Shown in pieces: positions 36,592 to 48,961 of a stretch of DNA of 64,000 nt. Within the stretch, counting starts at the first letter, position 1. Each line of letters starts with the position of its first letter. Under the pieces are notes generated by a model that ran no database searches, was not told the DNA's origin, and saw only the letters and a program-made list of their open reading frames with translations. The position numbers were made by a program, and so were the translations under genes. Where the stretch lies: the NCBI GenBank assembly GCA_964036045.1, contig OZ038378.1:190154001-190218000 (forward strand), written 5' to 3'. This DNA comes from Eutreptiella sp. 'Long Island Sound 2002'. Taxonomy: Eukaryota > Protista > Euglenida.

Positions 36592-38655
36592 ATGTTGTAC
36601 TGCGCATGCTGCATGCGGAGATGGTTAATGTTGCCCAGGGCGGTTGTTTAGAAACGAGATGTTTCACTAAGGATGGCCCGAGGTTTTTGGTCGCAGGATT
36701 CGTGAGCTGATGACGGCTGACACTCAACCGACTGAGATTGGCCTAACCAACATGGGTTATTGGCCAACGGATGCCAGTTGGCTGATGGCCGACTGCGGTT
36801 GCTCGCCGGCTGGCGCTCTGTGGAGATCCGAGCGTACCGAAGGCTGGCAGTTGTTTGTTTTCCTTTTTGGCATTAAGGACAGCCAGTGTGTGTACATTGA
36901 GTGTGTGTGCGGGGGAGGGGGGGGGACGGTGGGGGGCTTCGGTGCTCTGGGCAGTGTGACAGCATTGTTCAAGTCCAAACTTGGTGTATGACGTCATTTT
37001 CATGGGGCTTTGCCATGTTGCGGCCTGTCCAATGAGAAGATCTATTATCTACCTTGCCCTTGTGGACTGCCTGCCCCCTCTTGTTGAAGTTGCAACAGGC
37101 ATATCAATTAGTCTTCCAATTTACCAAATCCAATGGCACACTTCACACAACGGTTTTGAGTTGAAATGATACTATTGGTGCCATGTTACAGATGGGTGAC
37201 ATGCAGTGTTACCAGTGCTTGCTTGTACCTGGGCAGATCCTGAATCAGAGCATCTGAAGGAAGGTGAGTGGTTGTCCAACGGCAACCAATTGCTTGCTGT
37301 GTGTGCATGCTACACTGGTACCCTAATCCAATAAGTTATGCATGCTTGCATGGTGGAAGGGAGGGGGGAGGGGGGGAAGGGGGATGGATGCAATTATGTA
37401 AGTATGTGCATATGCACAGACACATGTGTGTGCGTATGAATATATGTACGTATGTACCAACAACAACAACAACGACAGCACTATGGATGTATGTATGGTA
37501 TACACCCACTCTGCCAACCCCCCCCCCCCCCGTCGCCACCCATGAGAGCCCCCCACATATCCCCACCTGCATGGCTGTGTGTTTTGCTGCTGACGCCAAA
37601 GCGTCTGTACCCACTGGGGGTTTTCAATCCCAAGGACTAACATAACACACCAGGGCTGGTCACAGCGGCCAACATGAGTGATCCCTAACATCTCGTATCC
37701 CCCAGACTCTCCGTGCCCAGGCGAGACTGCAAGCAAGGTATGTGGCCAAGTGAGGCCCCTGCATGCAAGCATGCCCCATAGTCAGAAACAAGCCAACATG
37801 GAACACAGCATTAACGCCACGACCCACTCAGCACCTAAACAAGTGTGACCCGGCGATAAAGCCCTGAACCAAGCAGTCCTTGTCTCTAGCCGAACCAGGG
37901 ATGAATGAGAGGGGGACCATGGGCCAATGGAACGTTTGCTAGCTAGTTGAACATGCAATGCACTAAGATGACGATGAAGGCTGTGTGAAGGCAGGCGCGG
38001 GTGGAGCAATGTGGCGGGTCCACACTTGACCTTTTGAGGCCCCATTGGGGGCCTTTCTGCAAGAATCTGGAAGAATATGGACATTTTAACCCAAATGCCA
38101 CTCCGTTTGCGAGTGCACCCCACCCATTTACCCGTGGACCATAGGAATTGCGGTTTGTAGTCTGCAGACACTGTCTTCCCCAAGTAGATGTGGTCTGCTA
38201 ATCATAGACACTGTCGGCATGTTGAAGACGCGAAGTGCCAATATTGGGGAACAAGGCCGAAGGCCCCCCTGCCCGCAAAACGGTCCGCTGACATCGTTTA
38301 CTCTTGCACAATGGCATTTTGTGGTCCATAGTCTGTAGACATTGTCTGCCCCAAGTGGACACTTTTTGATACTTGTAGACACCGCCGGCATGTTGTAGAT
38401 ATGAAGTGCCAATATTGGGGAAGGGGGCCGAAGGCCAAGGGCCCCCTTCCCCAAAAAATGGGCTACTGAGGGAGTTCACCCATGCACAAATAAACACTTG
38501 TAAGGTGCATAGCGCCGCCGAGTGAGGTACCAATATGGGTTCTGGCCCACGGTGGGCGGGGCTATGCTGGGGCGTGGGGGACGGTAGAGTGGGCATAAGC
38601 CGTACGTTTGTGCCAACAACAATGACAACATCAGCAAAAAGCAGCCGCAAAAGCA

Positions 38656-38660
38656 ATAGC

Positions 38661-38710
<50 letters not shown>
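38656..38710. repeat. (CAA)n microsatellite
   Basis: Perfect CAA run. Confidence 0.95.
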
Positions 38711-38711
<1 letters not shown>

Positions 38712-38902
38712 AGCAAAAGAAGCAACACAACAACACAACAAAAGCAGCAGCAGTAGCACGGGGAGGGGGCTTACCCGTGAGGCTTGACCCCCCCCCCCCC
38801 CTTCTGGACCCCCCGGCCCATACTATTTACAATCTGGTTGGAACTGCCAACCCGGAAATTTTGCACTTGGCCCACACGGGTCACTTCTTTCTTACCCACG
38901 TC

Positions 38903-39038
38903 TTGGTGTGGCCCCTTGAGTTGGGGATACGGACTCCCACACTTTGGTGTGGCCCCTTGAGTTGGGGATACGGACTCCCACACTTTGGTGTGGCCCCTTG
39001 AGTTGGGGATACGGACTCCCACGCTTTGGTGTGGCCCC
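38903..39038. repeat. 41-bp tandem repeat, about 3.3 copies
   Basis: TTGGTGTGGCCCCTTGAGTTGGGGATACGGACTCCCACACT repeated head to tail with no spacers. Confidence 0.95.
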
Positions 39039-40619
39039 CCTTGTGCATGGGCTGTGGGCCCTCGTATCACCCGGCCCAATTAAATTGTTCATACATATAC
39101 GGACATATATTGGTTTGGCTGTGTTTGTAAGGATGGAATGAAGATGCTACATTGGAAAGAATGGACCCAGTTGCGGTTGTTTGATGTTGCCACTCGTCTT
39201 CTGCTAGCCGGGATGTCTTTGTTGGGGTTGGTGTCCAGAAGTGAACTGCAGACCCCCCCGTGAGCGGTAGCACCACCGCCGCCGCTAGCAGTAGCACTAG
39301 CTGCCACAACAACAACAAAAGTAGCCACAAAAACAGCAAAAGCAGCAACAAAAGACTAGGGATAGCATAAGCAGCATCAATAACACAAATGGCACCGTAG
39401 CAACCATGGTAACGGGCAGAAGGGCATCACCACGAATAGCAAAAGCAACAACAATACTAGTAGCAAAAGCAATGACCCTTAGAAGCCCTCACAATGGTGT
39501 CCCTTGGGGCCCTCTGGCATATGCCTCAATTATCTAGGGCAATTTTGAGGAGTTCACCGTCTCCAAAAGCTTGTTCACTTCTCGAGGTTGGCTGCTAACT
39601 TTTCACACTCAGCAACATCCCTAGCAGCACCACTAGCAACACCAACAGCAACAACAACACTAGCAACACCAGCCACAACAATAGCAGTGTAGCAACCGCA
39701 GCAGTAATACTAAGAGCAGGCCACCAAAGTGTCATACATCCAGCCCTTTTGTGCTGCATCATGGGCCTCCGGGCGGGTACGAATTCTGCACATAGGTGTC
39801 TTGACATCATTTTATGGCGTGCAAGGAAAAAAGGGTAGTTTGGGTACTGCTTGCACATTTCAAACTTGGTCTTTGAAAAAAAAGACAGTTTTCCCCCATT
39901 GACCCAAAAGTGGGGTGAAATAGGCAAAAACAGGGGCCTGGGGGATTTTCCACATTAAACATATGAACACCTGATGATGTCACTCCGGTGTTGCTGCTTG
40001 GGACGGTGGTGTTGGTGCTACTACTATTGGTGGTAATGCTAGTGCTGCCATTGCCACTGTTGTTCTTGTTCTTGCTGCTACAATTGTTGCTGTTGCTTGT
40101 GTTGCAACAACATTCATACAACGGTGTGCATGGGTGGTACATGGCATAGATTGAAGCAATTTCATTTGTTGCACTAGGGTTTGGTGTCGAGGCAGGTCTG
40201 TTACCCCTGACCATGGGAACGCATTCCTCCTCATGTTTGGATGACTGCTGACTGCAACCAATGAGGCCGCCACGTAAGATGATAGTCGGGATGAGGTCGA
40301 TGTGTGTGCTTTGCGCTGTCAAAAGCACACCACCACACTTTGTGGTGATGCCGTCGTAATGAGAATTATTGAGCTAAGGTCTAGGACAGTTACCCAAAAG
40401 TAGCGTGCCAGGCAAACGCTCCCCCCTATGTATTGTACCTGTATGCACCTATGTATGTGTGCATGTACGTATGCATGCATGTATGCATTTAAGTGTATGT
40501 GTATATGCATGTAGGTATGTAGTTATGTTTGTACATATGTATATATGTACGCGCTTTTATGCCTGAGCCAGGTGTGTAGGGGTCTCTTGGTGTTTTCTTT
40601 CATTCCCCAATTAGGTTTT

Positions 40620-40640
40620 GTATCTCCGGATTTTTTTCAG
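40620..40640 (+). promoter_or_regulatory. Candidate trans-splice (or 5'UTR intron) acceptor of the SR-like gene
   Basis: TATCTCCGGATTTTTTTCAG| ends 11 nt before ATG 40652. Confidence 0.5.
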
Positions 40641-40651
40641 TTGTTTGGAAG

Positions 40652-43600
40652 ATGGAGGTTGACCCTGGCTCCAAGACCGTGCACATCGGTAACTTGGATG
40701 TCACCATGACGGAGGCACACGTCAAAGCATTCTTTGAGATGCATTGTGGCACCGTTATTCGAATCAACCTCATGACTCCGAACGAAGGCCAGGCCGTGAG
40801 GCATGTGAGTTATAATGTGTTTTTTGTATTTTGTGTTTGTTGACACTTTTGTTTGGCTTTGTCTGCTTCAACAGCTCGTATGCGTGTCAGGGCAGCTGTG
40901 GCACCCTGCACATGCTTGCATGTTTTGCACACTATGTATGCATTGAGGAGGCCCAATGTCAAGGTTTGTGCATGTCTCATGCAGACACCTCTACTTCCTT
41001 GTCCCTCTCTGTCCCTCTCATTTGGGGACAGTTGAGAGGCCTTTTGCGGCACGTGTTGCATGAACGCCGAGGTGTTGCTAGTATTGAACCAAAGAGCGGC
41101 TGGGCTGGTGAGAATACACAAAATTCCCCCCTGGGTGCCAGCAGGCTGCTGGCCGAAACTGCACCAGCAGACACCCTGGCGCGGTACGCAGTCGAGTTCC
41201 AGACCCATGTGCCCGAAATGAGCGGATGCCCGAAATGAGCAGGCAATTCGGAACAATCCTAAAAGGGCCCCTGTCACTCCACCTGCCTCCCAACATCCGC
41301 CTGCACTTTGACACGATAACCTTCTGGCGAGCGCTCAAGGATTTCCCCTCAAGGGCAATCCTCTGGGCCGGCGGTTTACCGCCAACCGCCGGTCGGTGGT
41401 TGACAGCCCGGTCAGTTCTTCAACGAGCACCAACTGCGGATGAAGGTTCATATGTCTTCTCTTTATCAATGACAAATTTCAGATAACTGGATGATCTAAA
41501 ATTTTGCTGTGTGTAGTGGTACCTTCTCCACTGGCGGTGTGTGTGCATTTGTTGGGTCACACTTACGTCCATGAAATCTTTTTTTTTGCTGCGGAAGCCC
41601 CTGTTTGCACCCCTGCGTGACTTCTGATGTTTGTACGTCGGACGATTTGTGCTTCAGTACGGATTCCCAGCCGTTGTGGCAGAAATCTCGTTGTTGGACA
41701 CGGGTGGCTCTGCCGCTTGTGCCATGTTGGACAGGACCCCACCTGGCACCCAATGGCCAAAGGGCGCCAGAAGCATACAAAGAGGGTCTAAGACATGCTT
41801 TACATGGGGAATGACCATTGTGGGTGGTCACTACATCGAAAATCCGATTTTGCGCTCTTCAGGCTGAAAATGTACAACAGGTGCGGTTGGCTGACACGTC
41901 GAGTCGTAACAACCAATGTCTTCACTTTCCATTCTTTTCAACGTCGGGACGTTTGCCGAAAAGGTGCGAGCAGGGCGCGCGCGGCAAGCCTTCCCTCTCA
42001 GAAACGCCTGGAACCTGATGGCTGGCTGTGGCTCACCAAATGCCATTGCGCACGCGTCTTAGGTACGGATTCGTCGAATTTGCGAGTCCCGACGCAACGG
42101 ACAAGGCGTTCACCTTGACTGGCAGTGTACTCGGATCCACCGCCATAAAGGTCATGCCTATGCTCCCTGCCCACACCCATTCCGACTCAGAGGACCGAGC
42201 CTGTCTACTGCAGGGTGGGGGGGGAATACGATGAACCATTTCTTATGCAACCTTTGAGGATTCCTGGGGCCTCTCTTGGAAGGAGTCGTTGGGTTGTTGT
42301 AGTACTGGCACGGGTAACAACCCATTCGTGCGATTCATCCACGGGGAAACGAACCATGGATCATCCAGCAGGCAATGAACCGGGGCCTTCTCATTTCATG
42401 CCAGGTGTCTGGAACATACAGCAGGGCCATCAGATCCCACGAACACACAGTTGGGCCATCAGAATCATGCAACCCCCGCTCCATTATGAAGAATACATGG
42501 CATTTTCTCCTAAAATGTAGCTAGCTCTAGGGGGTGTACCGTGCGCTGTGCACGCGCTGTGCGCGCGCTGTGCGAAAAGTTGGCTGTTCTCCACCACCGG
42601 GAGTTCGGTAAGTTCAGAAGATTGAAAGGACGTCATTGAATGGCTGCTGCAGTGGACGGGGCTATAGGGGGCAGAATTTAGGTCCCTGGGACCCATGGCA
42701 AGCATCAGATGTTTGAATTCTTGAGTTTTGAATTAATTGTGCATGATTCCGCAGGTGCGTGGTTTTCAGGGTTGTTACCTGGATAAGCACCGTAATAATT
42801 GGCGCTGTGCCCGCGCTGTGCGAAAACGCCCCCCTAGTAGCACACTGGGATCCCTACAGTGGCACTGCAGGTCACTCAGTGGGTGAGTGATGATGGCGGT
42901 GCCACGGGGGTAACATTGCCGGGCCGGGTGTGTGCCAGACCTCCGATCCTGACCGGGAGGGCTGTTCCGACCGTTTTGCGCCTTCAAAAGCTTTGGGTGC
43001 CTTCAGCGCTGGATTGCCCTGGCCCCGGACCCTCCGCAAAGGGATATGGACCGCCGGAACGTGCACACAAGGGCACCGTGTCCGCCGCCACCCCTGAGGC
43101 CCACAAGTTCGTCCCATGAGTCTTATGAGGGTCCTATGAGGGCGCTCAGCCCCCCCCCCCCCCCCCGCCACTTCGGGTTATCGGTACCACAGACCCTCAG
43201 CCCAAGCACAGAACAGGGGCAGCCTGGCCTATGGCACAGGGAGCACACTCCACTCTCGCGCACCAACAGGCTGCTGCACTGTGGTCTGAAACCTGAAGTC
43301 TGAGCCGCATTTGAATGATTTCATGGCCCTGTCCAACCTACACTCCTAATATTGGTAGGTTTCTTTGCCAGCACGCCGTAGGGCGTGCTGCAGGGCACGC
43401 GGAGGGGAAGCAGCCCCTTATGCCCCACACTCCTTGCCACACCATACCACACCACACCACAACACCAATATGGGGAAAGGGTTCGTTCAGCAGGTGCTGA
43501 CGGAGTCCCAGAAGGTCTGGCTGGCCCAGTCAGGGCCTGGAGGCACGATGGCAGGCCTTGCGAGAGCTGCAGTTTCCGAAGAGGCTCTGGCCCCCCACCA

Positions 43601-46600
43601 TCTGGTAACAGCGCCTTCAGCACACCACAGCACAGCACAGCACAGCACACCGCTCCATGCTCCACGCCCCGCGCCACGCACCACTGCCACGCCATACCAC
43701 CCTACACCACCCATGTTTAGGTCTCACAGGCTCGCGGACAAGTCCTGAAAAGTGCAAACCACAACTTCAACCCCACCGCCGTCGATCCGACTATTCTTGC
43801 GTCGAACACCCATGCGTACGCCAGTGGACTACAGGCAGAGAACTTGAGGTATCAACAATGGATGGCGCAGAAGGCGGCGGCCAAGGCAAAGGGTCACGAT
43901 TCGGATGATAGCGAGGAGCGCGCGAAACAGCGGCGGCGACGTCGGGGTATGCCCGCGCCCGCTGTTCGACAGCCTTCGCTTTAATGCATTACCCTTGCAA
44001 ACTGGTTTCACTACTGTGTGTGTGGGGGAGGGGCTGGGGATGTATCGTAGACATTTTGTTGCATGAATTGTGACCGAAATCCTAACACAATTTTCACCCA
44101 TTTTTAGGGTTTGGTAAAATTTTTTGGCAATCAAGTGGTTGAACAAAGCGGCACAGTGACACTTTCATCGACTCAAGCCCATGCCAGGAAATGTGCGCAC
44201 TGCATCCCAAACACGGCTTCCACCATGGCAACAGCCCGAGCCCACAGTTGCGGTGGAATGGACGGCTTCGGGGCTGATGAAAGGAGAGCCCGTGTTGATG
44301 AGTACATGGCACATTGAATGGTGTGCGACTCTGGTGTCCAGCACCACCAAAAAAGTGTGCCGATGGCCACTTCTCATTTATTGTGTTTTTCGCAAATCAA
44401 GTTTGCCAGAAAATGAACACATTTCAAGCAAGCGTTTTCCCAACTGGGACCACATTGACACCGACATAATCTGTGGAAATATAACCGGACATTTTTGTCT
44501 CCCCCCCCCCCCCCCCGGGTATTGTACCACCACCAACTGCAGTTCTTGATGGTCATTGAAACGGAACAGAACATGCTCACTGCACTGCAGATGCTGCCGG
44601 TTGCCCTCATTTGATGCCTGAGCCCAATCCATAGTTGTCCATGCTGCTTTTTAAGTGCTTTTTGGATCGCTGAGCAGCTACTAGCCAACCAGGCGTGGGA
44701 CACAATCAAAATGAAGGGATAACAGCCCCCACAAACTGTTCTTACTGGTGCAGTTCCCGCGAAGCTGAGTGTGACAGGCTTCGGCTGATTGAGCTGATCT
44801 TTGGTGGCTAGTCTTGTGTGCCCGTAAGCCACAGTCACACTGATTAATCACCCAGACTGCCCATGCGACGATGTGGCAATGACCTGCATTGGTCAACTGT
44901 CGATGACAGTCCACAGAGCATCCATCACTGGTGTTGTGGTGCAACTGCCATAAATCAGGGCTTGCGGGGCGGGGTGTGTGTGGTGTGGTGTGGTGTGCCG
45001 AAGGTGCTGTTACCAGAGGGCAATGGCCAGGATGTCTTGCTTACGGGAATAGCAAAACGGGCAGGGGTGTGTGCGTGTGCGTGCTCTGTGTGGCTCCTGC
45101 ATGGCGGCTGGGTTCGTCCCTTCGTCCGGCGGTCTCTGTTCAAGGCCTCCCTGCCACTCCGCTTGCCGGTTCTGATGCAGCTCCCGCAAGGCCCACACCA
45201 TGGTGCCTCCGGGCCCTGCTGGGGCCTTGCACACTGCCTCACTGCCTTGTGGCAGCGGGCAGTGGAACTCTTACATTTCACTGTGTCGCTGCCCTGGGGC
45301 AGCGGGCAGTGGACCTCCTGCTTCTCACTACCACACTCCCTGGGGGCAATGGGAAGCAAAACTCCTGCAGCACACCGCCCCACCCTTTGGGGGCAGTGGG
45401 TAGTGAGTCTCCTGCGGCACACTGCCTCGGCCCCCGGGGGCAGTGGGCAGTGGTAATTCTAGTGGGCAGTGGTACTCCTGCAAGACACCGCCACAATGCC
45501 TGGGGGCAGTGGGTAGCGGATCACCGTCGTGGCCTACCCCCTCTATACCTAGTACCCATGGTATCCACTGTTCCCGGACCTGGGGGTTGTAGGCACGCAT
45601 GGTAGGGCAACAGTCTTGGGGGTCATAACCCTGGGGTAACAGTAGCAGGTCCTCACATCCGGTCCAAAGTGTCGCGAGTGTGAGTCCCTTTAACCAAAAA
45701 CCCTGGGTTCTACCGGGGCTTAACTCCCGAACAAGTACAGAACCCAGGGCCGCTTTGGGCAGTTGCCTCCTTGTGGCCGGTTGAGTCCGGCTCGGGGGGG
45801 GGGGGGGACTTGGGTGAGGCCCTTTAACCCTATTAAGCATTAGTTAAGGCAATATATGCGGTACGTTTATGGGTTATTACACAGCGCCATTTTTTACCCC
45901 GTAGACTTCTAGTGGTGTGCTCACCATGGGGGCTGCCAATGGGGGATCGGGGATTATTACCCCTCCTGAATGCCCTCTCTGTTGTGGGCACCGGGGTGGT
46001 GGCCGAGGGGCCTTGTACCTTACCCATATGGTGTGATGTGGTGTGGTGTGGTGTGGTGTGGTGTGGTGTGGTGTGGTGTGGTGCGGTGTGGTGTGGTGTG
46101 GTGTGGTGTGGTGTGGTGTGGTGTGGTGTGGTGTGGTGTGGTGTGGTGTGGTGTGGTGTGGTGTGGTGTGGTGTGGTGTGGTGTGGTGTGGTGTGGTGTG
46201 GTGTGGTGTGGTGTGGCAAAGGGTGGGGCACCTGGGGTTGCTTCCTCTGCTGCGCGACCTGTAGCACTCCCTAAAGTGTGCTGGCAAAAAAACCTACCGT
46301 GTGCTGGCAAAGATACCTACTAGTATTAGGAGTGTAGATTCCTTTGGCAATTTGCTTCTGAATTTTGTTCTCCAAGTGGACTAATATGGGACCATTGGTT
46401 GTTAGTGTTGAATGCCGCACTTGGACATTGCTTTTACAAGAGCATTTGCCAATGAGGCTCGTGAGTGTGGAGCCTAGGGTGGGTCGGGTGTATGACTTGC
46501 TTGTGTTTGTTGATGAACGTGGTGGCACATTTCATTAAATTTTGCAAACACAGACCCTGAGTTAGAAGAGTGGTGAGCACTTAGTATCTCACCTCTTGTA

Positions 46601-48930
46601 GAGAGTTTAAAGAAAGGCCCAAGAAACGGAGAAGGACAAAGGATTGGCCGCGCACATTTGGATCTCCTTAAAATTTGAAGTGCCAGGGCTAATGCCCACG
46701 TTGCCAAATGCATTTTGAGGGAGAAGAGTGCATTTGACGGCATCCTGGAAAGCACTGGTCAATGTGAGGCAAAAGTTGAAAAGAATGTGTGATTCTGATA
46801 TTTTGATCAGTCACATTGCATTTTAGAAATGTTGGAGGAAACTGGATTTCAAGGATTACAATGGGTTTCTCTTCCCCTAGCGTGCTTGTGGCGCGCTTGC
46901 GGCACGCGGGAAGCACCTCTGCAGTGTGTGTAGTGTCGTGTAGTGTAGTGTAGTGTGGTGTGGTGTGGTGTGGTGTGGTGTGGTGTGGTGTGGTGTGGTG
47001 TGGTGTGGTGTGGTGTGGTGTGGTGTGGTGTGGTGTGGTGTGGTGTGGTGTGCCGAAGGCGTTGTTGCCAAAAGGCAATGCCCGGGCTGGTCTTGCACGC
47101 GAGACAATGCAAGCCAGGTGGGCTGTGTATCCAAACACCTGCTATGTGTAGTGTGTTGCACACCTGTTGCAGAGGCGTCGGTCTCTCTAGCGCCGGGCGG
47201 GTGCTATCCATGGCTGCCATGGGGACGCCCTGCCGCTCTGCTTGATGGTGCCACCGAAGTTCTTGTTGGGCCTAGGCTTTTGTGCCTCTGGGCCCTGGTC
47301 AGGTTGTGATGAGGCTGGCACTTGGGCAGCTGAGATCTTTTTGTACACTGCCACACTGTGTCGGGCAGTGGGCAATGGGGATCCTTCTATGCACTGCCTC
47401 ACTGCCTGGGGGTAGTAGGCAGGAGAACTCCTTCTCTACACTGCCTCACTCCTTGGGCAGTGGGCACTGGAACTACTTTTGTACAATGCCTCATTGCCAA
47501 GGGCAATGGGCAATGGGACTCTTTTTGTGCACTGCCTCACCGCCTTGGGCAGTGGGCAATGGAGCTCCTTTTGTACTCTGCCTCGCTTCCTTGGGGCAAT
47601 GGGCATTGGAACTTGTGGTGAATAGTGCCTCGGGGTAGTGGGCAATGGGACTCCTACTGTACACTGCCGAACTGCCCGTACATGGCCACATTGCCCGGGG
47701 GCAGTGGGCAGTGGAACTCCTTTTGCACACTGCCTCACTGCCCGGAGGGCGGTGGGCAGTGAACTCCTTATGTGCACCGCCTCATTGCCGGGGAGTAGTG
47801 GGCAATGGATCTCCTTCACTACACTGCTGCTTGCCTTGGGGTAGTGGGCAATGGAACTCCTTCTACACAATGCCTCACTGCCTTGAGGCGATGGGCAGCG
47901 GAACTCCTTCTTCACACCACCTGACTACCTGGGGCAGTGGGTAGTGGGACTCCTTTTGTGCACTGCCTCCCTTTTGGGGAGCAGTGGGCAGTGGATTGCC
48001 TTTAGTACACTGCCACACTGCTGGGGATCAGTGGGAAGTGGGACTCTCTCAATACATTGCCACACTGATGGGGAGCATTGGGCAGTGCATTGCCACATTG
48101 CTAGGGAGCAGTGGGCAATGGGACTCTTTGAGTACATTGCCACATTGCTTGGGAACAGTGGGTAGTGGGACTCCTTCAATGTACTGCCACATTGCTGGGG
48201 AGCAATGGGCAGTGGGACTCTTGTTGTGCACTGCCACACTACCAGGGAGTAGTAGGCAGTGGGACTCCTTCAGTACACTTCCACATTGCCAGGGAGCAGT
48301 GGGTAGTGGGACTCCTTCAGTGCACTGCCACATTGCTCCACATTGCTCAGGAGAAGTGGGCAGTGGGACTCCTTCAGTGCATTGCCACATAGTAGGGGAG
48401 TAGTGGGCAGTGGGACTCCTCCGATGCATTGCCACACTGTTTGGGAGCAGTGGGCAGTGGTGTAGCGTGGCGTGGCGTGGTGTGGTATGGTGTGGTTTGG
48501 TATGGTGTGGTGTGGTATGGTGTGGTGCAGTTTGGTATGGTGTGGTATCGTGTGGCACGGGATCAAATGGCTTGGAATGGGGTGGGGTGGCATTTGGCGG
48601 GGTGGTGTTTTGGTGCTATAGATGTGCAGGTGAGGGCGGCTCTCCAGGGAAGGCAACACCACTGCATGAGGCGATGGTGGTGTTAACTGCATGACATATT
48701 GCTTTTTGCCAGGGCGCTCAAGCAGCAGTGAATCTGACGACAGACGGAGAAAACGCCGCCGCCACAGTCGAGATAGAAGCCGAAGCCGGGATAAAAGCCG
48801 CGACCGGGACCGCCGGGATCGAGGCAGGGACCGGGACAGGGATAGGGACAGAGACAGGGATAGAGACAGGGATAGGGATAGGCACAGGGACAGGGACAGG
48901 GACAGGGATCGGGATCGTGACAGGGATCGA

Positions 48931-48961
<31 letters not shown>

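Noticed and set aside
38903-39038. 41-bp identical repeats as a CRISPR array
   Set aside because: No spacers between units; an ordinary minisatellite.
45833-47309. ORFs made of HHTTP / VWCGV repeats
   Set aside because: They are translations of stop-free (TGTGG)n arrays.
47340-48457. Palindromic 47-bp repeats as a CRISPR array
   Set aside because: Units are head to tail and degenerate, with no unique spacers and no cas genes, in a eukaryotic intron.
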